IMG/VR virus record: IMGVR_UViG_2617270997_000026
Length of the DNA stretch: 36,370 nt
Strand: one strand, 5' to 3'
DNA from: a virus
Lineage: Duplodnaviria; Heunggongvirae; Uroviricota; Caudoviricetes
The notes beneath the pieces are model-generated. The model was not told where the DNA came from, did no database searches, and worked only from the letters and a program-made list of their open reading frames with translations. Positions 1-8,201 of the stretch are shown here, in pieces (the stretch's first letter is position 1; each line of letters opens with the position of its first letter). The translations under genes were made by a program, and so were the position numbers.

Positions 1-465
1 GGTTTGGGAGAAGGTTCTGCGTTGCCTGTTGGCGTACCAGTTCCTTGGCCTTCACCTACGCCGCCGACAGGCTGGCTGAAATGCAACGGGGCTGCTTTTT
101 CGGCTGAAGAATACCCGGAACTGGCAAAGGCTTACCCGACAAATAAATTGCCTGATTTACGCGGTGAATTTATTCGTGGCTGGGATGACGGACGTGGTGT
201 GGATGCCGGGCGACAATTATTATCTTCACAGGGGGATGCAATAAGAAATATTGAGGGATTCGCAGATGGCGGGATCGGCATGTCTTTTGATGCAATCAGA
301 GGGGCTTTTTACGATGCAGGAACACGATCAGCGACAATGGCGAATAACACAACTGCTATAGGCAAAACCGATGACCTTGGATTCGACGCCTCTCGTGTCG
401 TGCCAACAGCTAATGAAAACCGTCCACGTAACATCGCCTTTAATTATATTGTGAGGGCTGCATAA
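1..465 (+). CDS. Alternative tail-fibre C-terminal cassette (S'v-like), silent in this orientation, no own start
   Basis: Open frame from window edge. Codons 1-12 (G-L-G-E) match the LGLGE junction codons of the minus-strand fibre gene, so inversion fuses it in frame. Carries a PWP...GWLxCNG...LPDLRGxFIRGWD fibre-tip motif. Confidence 0.7.
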   Translation, partial: GLGEGSALPVGVPVPWPSPTPPTGWLKCNGAAFSAEEYPELAKAYPTNKLPDLRGEFIRGWDDGRGVDAGRQLLSSQGDAIRNIEGFADGGIGMSFDAIRGAFYDAGTRSATMANNTTAIGKTDDLGFDASRVVPTANENRPRNIAFNYIVRAA

Positions 466-1058
466 TGAAACCTGTTTTTGATGAAAATGGGATGGCTACA
501 GTGCCGGGTGATATGCGTTGTTATTATTATGATGCAGTAACGTCTGAATATACGGGCTGGTCTGATGAATATATTAATACTGGCGTAAGTATGCCCGCCT
601 GTTCCACTGGTATTGACCCGGGCGAATACATTCCGGGGCAAGTGGCAGTATTCACGGGTAAGGGATGGAGCCATGAAGAAGACCATCGCAATGAGACTGT
701 TTACTCAACAGAAAATGGCGCAGCTGTTACAGTGGATTATATCGGTGCCATCAAAGACGGTTATGTCACGCTTTCACCGTTAACGCCATACGATAAATGG
801 GATGGTGAGAAATGGGTGACGGATACCGAGGCACAGCATAGCGCCGCACTAGACGCGGCAGAAGTAAAGCGCCAGTCGCTGATTGATGCTGCAATGGCTT
901 CCATCAGTCTGATTCAGCTGAAATTACAGGCCGGGCGGAAGCTGACGCAGCCAGAAAACACCCGACTTAACGCTGTGCTGGATTACATTGACGCGGTGGC
1001 GGCAACAGATACCAGCACTGCGCCGGATGTCATCTGGCCTGAACTGCCGGAGGCGTAG
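465..1058 (+). CDS. Tail fibre assembly protein (U'-like), partner of the silent fibre cassette
   Basis: 197 aa immediately downstream of the alternative fibre C-terminus (ATGA overlap at 462-467); C-terminal DVIWPELPEA typical of tail-fibre assembly chaperones; convergent with the other copy. Confidence 0.75.
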   Translation: MKPVFDENGMATVPGDMRCYYYDAVTSEYTGWSDEYINTGVSMPACSTGIDPGEYIPGQVAVFTGKGWSHEEDHRNETVYSTENGAAVTVDYIGAIKDGYVTLSPLTPYDKWDGEKWVTDTEAQHSAALDAAEVKRQSLIDAAMASISLIQLKLQAGRKLTQPENTRLNAVLDYIDAVAATDTSTAPDVIWPELPEA

Positions 1059-1449
1059 GCCATTCAATATCTGGCGCACCGGAAGTATCGACCATTTCCA
1101 GTGCGTCCAGATAATCCAGCCACAAATTATATTGCGCCAGTTCCTCACCTTTCAGACGACCAATAGCCGCTTTACCAGGCCATTGTCTGCTGTTCATGTG
1201 CTCGTTGGCTTCATTAATAAGTTTTCCTTTTTTCAACTCTGCCAATGCAATAAGGTTTTCTTTTGATAAAGGTGGTTGCTCTGTCAAAACCGGATATCCC
1301 TCCTGATTGCTGACTATTTTCATGCCATTATCCTGACCATCCAGTAGTGACAGCCATTCATCCGTGGTTATCTCAACAGCATCTGAAGGTGCTTTATTTA
1401 AATCGGTAAAAAAACCATTTTCTTTTTGTGAATAGAAGTATCTGTCCAT
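1030..1449 (-). CDS. Tail fibre assembly protein (U-like), currently expressed partner
   Basis: 139 aa directly downstream of the fibre gene; C-terminal DIEWPTPP motif. Confidence 0.75.
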   Translation of the reverse strand: MDRYFYSQKENGFFTDLNKAPSDAVEITTDEWLSLLDGQDNGMKIVSNQEGYPVLTEQPPLSKENLIALAELKKGKLINEANEHMNSRQWPGKAAIGRLKGEELAQYNLWLDYLDALEMVDTSGAPDIEWPTPPAVQAR

Positions 1450-1452
1450 TTA

Positions 1453-3300
1453 TCAATCTCCAAAAGCAATCCAGTAAGCAAAAGGATTTACTCCTTGCTC
1501 AGTCACAGATGACATCAGGGAAAATTGCGATGGTGAAACAGGTAACGCTGCAAAACTAACCATTGTTGACACACCTGACCGTGCATTATCGTACGATGCA
1601 ACAACACAATAATTGGTATTGCTGAAAGATATCGGCAGGGGGATATTTACAGGTGAGCCTAATGGCCCTGATGCTGATATTCCCATTTGAATGATGGTTC
1701 CATCAGGCAATTTTCTCCAGCGATTAGAACTCGGATCTCTTTTCCAGGCTGACATATCCGGTATCTGATTTTCTCCTGTACCCACATCCCTTTTCGCCGC
1801 TTCTCCCAAACCAAGGTAATTGAGGACTTCTTTTATACTGCCCATAGCGATAATAGCGCGACCAATAGCTGTAAGGGTTGTCAGTGCTGCGCGGTCTGCT
1901 CCGGTAAAATAAGGCAACCGATCTGCTGCAGTGGCAAGTCCTGCCAGAGCAGTGAGCGTGGCATCTGCCGGTTGTTTTCCGTTTGCCAGATCGTATGCAG
2001 CCTTGACCGCTTTCGGTGTGGCGGCCAGTATTTCAGACGTGCTGTTGATGTCACTGCTCAATTGTACGGTGCCTTTTGCCGTCAGCGAGGCAGCAGGCAC
2101 TCCCGTTATCTGACGCCACGGGTGAGTGTGGCTGACGGGCGCCTTGCCGGCTGCAAGGTCGTATGCAGCCTTGACCGCCTTCGGCGTGGCAGCCTCAGTT
2201 TCTGATTGACTGTCCGTGGCGCTGCTCAGTTGTACGGTGCCTTTTGCCGTCAGTGAAGCCGCAGGCACTCCCGTTATCTGACTCCACGGGTGAGTGTGGC
2301 TGGCAGGCGCCTTGCCGGCTGCAAGGTCGTATGCAGCCTTGACCGCCTTCGGCGTGGCAGCCTCAGTTTCTGATTGACTGTCCGTGGCGCTGCTCAGTTG
2401 TACGGTGCCTTTTGCCGTCAGTGAAGCCGCAGGCACTCCCGTTATCTGACTCCACGGGTGAGTGTGGCTGGCAGGCGCCTTGCCGGCTGCAAGGTCGTAT
2501 GCAGCCTTGACCGCCTTCGGCGTGGCAGCCTCAGTTTCTGATTGACTGTCCGTGGCGCTGCTCAGTTGTACGGTGCCTTTTGCCGTCAGCGAGGCAGCAG
2601 GGACTCCCGTTATCTGACTCCACGGGTGAGTGTGGCTGACGGGCGCCTTGCCGGCTGCAAGGTCGTATGCAGCCTTGACCGCCTTCGGCGTGGCAGCCTC
2701 AGTTTCTGATTGACTGTCCGTGGCGCTGCTCAGTTGTACGGTGCCTTTTGCCGTCAGCGAGGCAGCAGGGACTCCCGTTATCTGACTCCACGGGTGAGTG
2801 TGGCTGACGGGCGCCTTGCCGGCTGCAAGGTCGTATGCAGCCTTGACCGCCTTCGGCGTGGCAGCCTCAGTTTCTGATTGACTGTCCGTGGCGCTGCTCA
2901 GTTGTACGGTGCCTTTTGCCGTCAGCGAGGCAGCAGGCACTCCCGTTATCTGACTCCACGGGTGAGTATGGCTGACGGGGGCCTTGCCGGCAGCCAGGTC
3001 ATATGCAGCCTTGACGGCCTTTGGTGTGGCGGCCAGCGTTTCAGAGGTGCTGTTGGTGGCACTGCTCAGTTGGGTGAACCCCTTAGCTGTCAGTGTCGCG
3101 TCCGGGTGGTTACGGGAACGTACGTGTTCAGCCAGTGACTGTGCGGCTTCCTCCGTTTTTTTCTTCAGCCATTTCGTCCTGTTTGCCAGTTGCCGGGGGG
3201 CTCGATTTGATATCCCGTCTGCACCACCCAGAACCGGATCTGATGTCTCCAGTTGATAGATATTTTCTTCCCACTTTTCTGTTTCATTCAGGTTTCCCAT
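1453..3300 (-). CDS. Tail fibre protein (constant N-terminus, repeat region, variable C-terminus)
   Basis: 615 aa from ATG at 3300 (track start 3306 is TTG); TGA of upstream gene 2 nt before. Seven SETxAATPKAVKAAYDLA-type fibre repeats, then conserved DATLTALAGL...RLPYFTG, then variable tip. Confidence 0.85.
   Translation of the reverse strand: MGNLNETEKWEENIYQLETSDPVLGGADGISNRAPRQLANRTKWLKKKTEEAAQSLAEHVRSRNHPDATLTAKGFTQLSSATNSTSETLAATPKAVKAAYDLAAGKAPVSHTHPWSQITGVPAASLTAKGTVQLSSATDSQSETEAATPKAVKAAYDLAAGKAPVSHTHPWSQITGVPAASLTAKGTVQLSSATDSQSETEAATPKAVKAAYDLAAGKAPVSHTHPWSQITGVPAASLTAKGTVQLSSATDSQSETEAATPKAVKAAYDLAAGKAPASHTHPWSQITGVPAASLTAKGTVQLSSATDSQSETEAATPKAVKAAYDLAAGKAPASHTHPWSQITGVPAASLTAKGTVQLSSATDSQSETEAATPKAVKAAYDLAAGKAPVSHTHPWRQITGVPAASLTAKGTVQLSSDINSTSEILAATPKAVKAAYDLANGKQPADATLTALAGLATAADRLPYFTGADRAALTTLTAIGRAIIAMGSIKEVLNYLGLGEAAKRDVGTGENQIPDMSAWKRDPSSNRWRKLPDGTIIQMGISASGPLGSPVNIPLPISFSNTNYCVVASYDNARSGVSTMVSFAALPVSPSQFSLMSSVTEQGVNPFAYWIAFGD
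1801..1826. other. hix/gix-like 26-bp crossover site for a serine DNA invertase, inside the tail fibre gene
   Basis: TTCTCCCAAACCAAGGTAATTGAGGA resembles hixL (TTCTTGAAAACCAAGGTTTTTGATAA) as I recall it, sharing the AAACCAAGGT core. It sits at the constant/variable junction of the fibre ORF; the partner half-site is at window start. Confidence 0.55.
1920..3095 (-). repeat. Seven tandem 168-bp (56-aa) in-frame repeats within the tail fibre gene; five central copies near-identical
   Basis: The string ttgtacggtgcc recurs at 2062, 2230, 2398, 2566 (spacing 168); further copies by period. Protein unit LTAKGTVQLSSATDSQSETEAATPKAVKAAYDLAAGKAPVSHTHPWSQITGVPAAS. Confidence 0.85.
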
Positions 3301-3302
3301 AA

Positions 3303-3881
3303 TCAACTGCTCCCGTGGTTATAACTGCCATCATGGATGGCGGTATTGTTATAGCGAATGGCCACAGACTGATACTCCAGGCTGGCCAGATGGCAGCGGG
3401 CCGGTGCAAATGCAGCCAGCGTCTGACGCAGCATCGCGGCCTGATCGTTAGTAATGGGCTGTTTCAGAATAACGCGATAAACTGCCCAGGCGGCTGCATC
3501 TCCATGAACAAACAGTCCGTTATAGCTGCGATTGCCGTCGTAACTGAGACGACCTGTGCCTTCAATCAGATCCACTTCACCAAAGCCAAAACGGCGGATA
3601 ACTTCCCGGATTGACCACGGCGTCCCTTTATACCGGTGCAGTTCGATGGCTGCTTTTATAAGCATGCGGCGAACATCGTCCGATTCCGCCAGCTCCCAGC
3701 CATCGCCAGACAGTGAGAACTGCTCGCCCAGCCATGGCAGCGCGGAACTGTCGACGATATCGACGAGAAAGACCATCAGTACGCTCAGGTCGATGTTATC
3801 CAGCCGTCCTGCCAGTCTTCCCAGCGTCCTGAGACTGATATCACCCTCAAGCGGTGGCGGGAGTTGTAATGGCTCAGTCAT
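3303..3881 (-). CDS. Baseplate/tail protein (P2 gpI-like, Mu gp48 position)
   Basis: 192 aa; ATG at 3881 verified; position between baseplate J-like gene and tail fibre; overlaps neighbours. Confidence 0.65.
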   Translation of the reverse strand: MTEPLQLPPPLEGDISLRTLGRLAGRLDNIDLSVLMVFLVDIVDSSALPWLGEQFSLSGDGWELAESDDVRRMLIKAAIELHRYKGTPWSIREVIRRFGFGEVDLIEGTGRLSYDGNRSYNGLFVHGDAAAWAVYRVILKQPITNDQAAMLRQTLAAFAPARCHLASLEYQSVAIRYNNTAIHDGSYNHGSS

Positions 3882-4977
3882 CAGACACTCCAGTCATGTT
3901 AAGAGTGATTGCCGTACAGTTTGCCCATTCGTTTTCTGCCACCACCCGCAGTGCCGGTGTCACCAGTTCAACCTGGTACACCCCGGAAACGGACAATGCA
4001 CTGATAATCTGGCTGGGGACAATATCGCGCCCCAGCGTGGCGGCACGTGATGCCACCCAGTTCTGTATGGCGCTGTTAGCGGCATCTTTTACAGACCTGG
4101 CATCCTGATCACGATAGATCGTAATCTTGGCTTCAATGGTGTAATCCACCTTCACTGGTGTTTTAGCCCGCACTGTATCAGTGAGTGGCCTGACTTTCTC
4201 ATCAGAGCAGAAACTCTCTACCAGCGTGAGAACACCGCCGTCCGGCAGACCGGTACTGAGCAGCGGATACAGATCTACGGTCCCGGGAACCGGGGAAAGC
4301 ACAGCAACATCGACAATGTTGGGATGGGCCTGCATGGCATGAAAGCGGTATGCGCCACGGCTTCCGGCATTGGTGAATGACTCCGGGGCCAGCCTGATAC
4401 GCTCCCGGAGCCTGTCATCGTCTTCCTGTTCTGAACCGCCGGAACTGGCCGTCAGATTGCTCACCAGCAGGTCGACGTTATCAATCTCATCGAGTAACTG
4501 ACTGACCTGCGCAGGTTGCCAGCCGTTACCAGCGGTACCGGGTTCGGTACAGGTGGACGTGACATTGACCAGCAGCAATCCGGCCTTCAGTACCACATCT
4601 GTATCGGTGGCAAAAATAACGCTGTCGGAAGCGCTGACGCGGGTGCCTGCCGGGATCAGCACATCAATGGCCAGTGCCTCATCTACGGAGAACTGGAGCG
4701 TGGTAGTGGCAGGCTGCGCGGCAAGACGGTATACACCGACCAGTTCACCGAGGTAATCAATCATCGGCTCACGGGCAAAGGCGACCAGATTCTGCTTTGC
4801 TGCCTCCTGTACCGCAACCCTGACCAGCATTTCGCGATAGGCCCACAGATCAATCAGCAGACGTTCTGCCTGTGCCGGGTACAGCGTTTTGCCGGTATCC
4901 GCTTCATACTTCGCAATCATTTCTGCCGTGATTTTGTCGGCATCGCGTTCAATAAAATCGGGTTCTGTCAGCGCCAT
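3874..4977 (-). CDS. Baseplate J-like protein (Mu gp47 / P2 gpJ position)
   Basis: 367 aa; ATG at 4977 verified; synteny within baseplate block. Confidence 0.7.
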   Translation of the reverse strand: MALTEPDFIERDADKITAEMIAKYEADTGKTLYPAQAERLLIDLWAYREMLVRVAVQEAAKQNLVAFAREPMIDYLGELVGVYRLAAQPATTTLQFSVDEALAIDVLIPAGTRVSASDSVIFATDTDVVLKAGLLLVNVTSTCTEPGTAGNGWQPAQVSQLLDEIDNVDLLVSNLTASSGGSEQEDDDRLRERIRLAPESFTNAGSRGAYRFHAMQAHPNIVDVAVLSPVPGTVDLYPLLSTGLPDGGVLTLVESFCSDEKVRPLTDTVRAKTPVKVDYTIEAKITIYRDQDARSVKDAANSAIQNWVASRAATLGRDIVPSQIISALSVSGVYQVELVTPALRVVAENEWANCTAITLNMTGVSDD

Positions 4978-5315
4978 AGCAGCTCCTGAGTCCGGGTCTG
5001 TCCGTCTGAGCCTTTCCAGCTCACCCGGAGCGTAAGATGTTCGCCGTCGACGGCGGGTTTAACTGACATAAGCTGGCAGCGGGGCTCCCAGCGCCGGATG
5101 GCATCGACGGATTCGCGCACCACATGCGGAATGGCCCGGTCTACAGGCCAGTCGATATAAAGATGCAGATTGCTGCCGAACTCCGGGCGATGCGGGTCGC
5201 TGCCGCGGGGAGTCCGCAGGATAATTTGAATCGCCTGCCGGATATCATCCAGCCCCCGGACAATTTCGCCGGGAGCCTGCAGGGTCGGTTGCCAGAATAC
5301 TGAGGTTGTTTTCAT
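4968..5315 (-). CDS. Baseplate wedge protein (gpW / gp25-like, Mu gp46 position)
   Basis: 115 aa; ATG at 5315 verified; size and position typical of GPW/gp25 family. Confidence 0.65.
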   Translation of the reverse strand: MKTTSVFWQPTLQAPGEIVRGLDDIRQAIQIILRTPRGSDPHRPEFGSNLHLYIDWPVDRAIPHVVRESVDAIRRWEPRCQLMSVKPAVDGEHLTLRVSWKGSDGQTRTQELLWR

Positions 5316-5369
5316 GGGGGCAGTATTGCCCCCGTGCGGGAACGCTGATATTAAAGGCGTTTAAAAAGC

Positions 5370-5966
5370 TCAGTGGGAGTGGTGGCTGGAGTTTTCGCCA
5401 TCAGACAACATACTGCCCGTGGCATGGGCATTCCCTTTAATCTCGATATTGCCATGGATGGTCGCGGTAACACCTTCACCACCAGAACCCGCCATGCCTC
5501 CTTCGTAAATCAGCTTACCCCTGACACGCAGATCTCCGGTAAGTTCGGTTTCCGGTGCGTCAATCGTGGCTTTCTGTGTTTTCAATACCACATCAGCACC
5601 ACACTCAATGACAATATGCTCAATGCCGCCCCGGATGGTCAGAGTGTGCGTCTTCCGGTTGTAGCTGTACTCTGCACCATCAGCAAACCGGGTTCCCCGG
5701 ATATTTTTGTCACTGAACGGTGGTTTATCGACGTCTGAATACACCGCGCCCAGAATAACACCATCCTCGCCGTTGGCATCGAGCAGCACCTCAACCTGCT
5801 CCCCCACGTCAGGGAGCCAGTAATCTTTGTTATCCTGGGTATTGCGCTGCAGCACGTTAAGCCAGTTTGTGCGCAGGTTATCGCATTCAGGCAGACGAAC
5901 GCGGGCCTGAACCCTGTCGGCATCAACGGCACTGACCGTACCGACCTGACGAGTGACACCAGTCAT
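5370..5966 (-). CDS. Baseplate spike/assembly protein (gpV-like, Mu gp45 position)
   Basis: 198 aa; ATG at 5966 verified; Gly-rich C-terminus (GGMAGSGGEG) typical of spike proteins. Confidence 0.7.
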   Translation of the reverse strand: MTGVTRQVGTVSAVDADRVQARVRLPECDNLRTNWLNVLQRNTQDNKDYWLPDVGEQVEVLLDANGEDGVILGAVYSDVDKPPFSDKNIRGTRFADGAEYSYNRKTHTLTIRGGIEHIVIECGADVVLKTQKATIDAPETELTGDLRVRGKLIYEGGMAGSGGEGVTATIHGNIEIKGNAHATGSMLSDGENSSHHSH

Positions 5967-7117
5967 TTTTTCTTCTCCTTAATCACCGTCGATGTACTGC
6001 CATCCGGGTGATAAACCGTGAGTTTCTGAGTTTTTTGTTTTTTCCCTCTTGTGACTGGCCCCCGTGCCACTTCCAGCTCTGTGGTGTAGCCGCTGTTACG
6101 GTCAAACGCATGGCGGGCAGTGGTTATGAGCCATGGCCCGGATAACTGCCCAAAACCCACCAGTTCAATTTTGTTGCCTGCTGTCAGTTGAGGTGTTCCC
6201 GTCAGCGTCAGGGAGCCGTTCTGCTGGTATTCGTTATGTCTGGCCAGTGCTGAATCCGCTTTAATCCGGGCACTGTCCGGGTCGCTGACGCGGCTGTTAA
6301 CTTTAAGTGAGTCAGCGCTGGTAACCTTACCACCTTTGAGCTTTTTGTCGCTTTCACGGGTACCACCATCAGCTTCGTAGACGATCAGTTTTTTACTGCT
6401 GCTTTTCTGGTGTTTTACCTTTGCAGATTTATAGACCCGGTTGATGGTGTCACGCAGGGAAAAGCGGGCCACATCCTGCGGTTTTAACTGCCTGACCGGC
6501 TCCTGACTGCGCAGTGTGGCCAGATGAGAAAAAATCAGCTGGTCACTGACCACTTTCACTGCATAACCATACTCGCTGGCCAGCCGGCGCAGAAAACCCA
6601 CGTCGGTTTCAGCATACTGGGTCACCCGGTCGATTCTGATGGACTCAATGCTGCCCACCAGTTTCAGTCGGTGCTTTCTGGCAATCCGCCCCGCAACAGC
6701 TGCCAGCGTGGTGTTCTCAAAACCACGACTGGTTTTAGTCCGCAGGGCACTGTTAACCGAGGTGGCCACCCCACGGATAGAAACAACGGAAGCGGGCGAA
6801 CTCACTTCGATCTCGTCTATAGAGAACGTACCGCAGGACAGCAGCTTCTCGCCCTGATAGCCCATTTTCAGCGTCAGCGTGTCACCCTTGCCCGGATACC
6901 ATTTATCCAGCCAGCGGCCATCGGTGTCGTCCAGCTCCACCTCAATGGTATCGGACTCATTTTTGATGTTATCGCTCCAGGTCACACGGGTGACATAAGG
7001 CGCGATATCAGAGGTGATGTTTTTCTGCAGATACCACAAAGTGAACACCGGTGTCAGCACATCGCTGACGCCGGTTAACGCTGATGTGACTTGCGCAGTG
7101 CTGTTTATCTCAGCCAT
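5963..7117 (-). CDS. Tail/baseplate hub protein (P2 gpD-like, Mu P/gp44 position)
   Basis: 384 aa; ATG at 7117 verified; synteny between DNA-circulation-like gene and spike. Confidence 0.7.
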   Translation of the reverse strand: MAEINSTAQVTSALTGVSDVLTPVFTLWYLQKNITSDIAPYVTRVTWSDNIKNESDTIEVELDDTDGRWLDKWYPGKGDTLTLKMGYQGEKLLSCGTFSIDEIEVSSPASVVSIRGVATSVNSALRTKTSRGFENTTLAAVAGRIARKHRLKLVGSIESIRIDRVTQYAETDVGFLRRLASEYGYAVKVVSDQLIFSHLATLRSQEPVRQLKPQDVARFSLRDTINRVYKSAKVKHQKSSSKKLIVYEADGGTRESDKKLKGGKVTSADSLKVNSRVSDPDSARIKADSALARHNEYQQNGSLTLTGTPQLTAGNKIELVGFGQLSGPWLITTARHAFDRNSGYTTELEVARGPVTRGKKQKTQKLTVYHPDGSTSTVIKEKKK

Positions 7118-7317
7118 GGGGCAATATCCTCTTCTGTACGGGCTTCTTCAGCCTCAATCACCGGGATCAGTAACAACAGCCCGGAGGGCAGCACCGGCGT
7201 GATGGCCACGTGCGGATTGGCGGCAATAATCCGGGGATAGCCCAGCGGGTCACCGTAGTACTGCCATGCCAGCGAATCCCAGCGCTCTCCGTCACGGGTA
7301 ACATGTTCAAGAAACAT
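7105..7317 (-). CDS. Tail protein X-like small protein
   Basis: About 70 aa from ATG at 7317 (7320 is GTG); motif ERWDSLAWQYYGD...IIAANP resembles P2 gpX-like proteins. Confidence 0.55.
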   Translation of the reverse strand: MFLEHVTRDGERWDSLAWQYYGDPLGYPRIIAANPHVAITPVLPSGLLLLIPVIEAEEARTEEDIAPWLR

Positions 7318-8201
7318 CACACACTCCTCGTCAGTATTCTGGCGGCCATTGCACTTAATCCCGGAGACATGCGGTTGAATGCTGTGCCGGCGGCGTTAAG
7401 CTGCCCGGAAACGGTATCCAGAGCACCTGCAATATTTCTTTTGTCCACACCACTCAGCGCAGACTGTGCCTGCTGTACATACGTGGCTGCTTCGCTGGCT
7501 GTTCTGGCCAGACTGATGGCATCGGGCATGGATTCAGAGAGTGCGTTAAACGCCGGAACACTTTTCCCCAGAGCCCCGGAGATATTACCCAGTCCGCTCA
7601 TCAGCCCCGGCACACGGGTCAGTGCGACAACGGGGTTATCCTTCATTTTCTGTGTCACCCGAACGGCGCTGATAGTGGTCTGGAGTACAGACTGCGCCTG
7701 TTTCGCATAGTTGACGCCGTTGCGGATGAACTGCGCCACCCCTGAAGGTGAAGGTATGGCACCGGAGACCGCCCCGACACCCGGGAGCTTCGTGCGTATT
7801 GCCGGTGGTTGCAGAGGATTTTTCGGGTCACCGGTGTATTCCCGGAGAGACACGGTGGCACTGACAGCCAGCACGTTGCCGGTACTGTCAGTCTGCTCGC
7901 TGGTTGCAGTCACATCGGTAATCACGAACCAGCCGCGATAGTCACCGTTGCCGAAGACCAGCGCCAGTGCCTGATGGGCTTTCATGGCTGTTCGCAGTCT
8001 CGCCAGCTCCACATCGGGTACACAATAATGCTGATGGAAAACCAGAGTTATCTGGATTTCGTCCAGCCTGTCGCCGACGAACTGCAGGCCAGGCTTACCC
8101 CCGATGCGGGCATGCTCCGCATAATCGACGCCGAACGTGGCCTCGAAGCCGTCCCAGTAGGTAATCAGCTCAAACTCAATATCACCCAGTACGGCAAACA
8201 T
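7317..8201 (-). CDS. Tail protein (Mu N / DNA circulation protein-like, gp43 position)
   Basis: 294 aa directly downstream of tape measure; ATGA overlap at 8201. Confidence 0.6.
   Translation of the reverse strand: MFAVLGDIEFELITYWDGFEATFGVDYAEHARIGGKPGLQFVGDRLDEIQITLVFHQHYCVPDVELARLRTAMKAHQALALVFGNGDYRGWFVITDVTATSEQTDSTGNVLAVSATVSLREYTGDPKNPLQPPAIRTKLPGVGAVSGAIPSPSGVAQFIRNGVNYAKQAQSVLQTTISAVRVTQKMKDNPVVALTRVPGLMSGLGNISGALGKSVPAFNALSESMPDAISLARTASEAATYVQQAQSALSGVDKRNIAGALDTVSGQLNAAGTAFNRMSPGLSAMAARILTRSV

Larger units (their letters stand above)
1..1826. other. Invertible tail-fibre segment (G-segment-like), probably truncated at the window edge
   Basis: Window positions 1-12 (GGTTTGGGAGAA) are the exact reverse complement of 1801-1812 (TTCTCCCAAACC). 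The segment holds two convergent fibre C-terminus plus assembly-protein cassettes, as in Mu G / P1 C segments. Confidence 0.6.

Noticed and set aside
1920-3095. Possible CRISPR array suggested by regular tandem repeats
   Set aside because: Units are 168 bp, directly abutting with no unique spacers, and in frame within a tail fibre ORF; no cas genes present.
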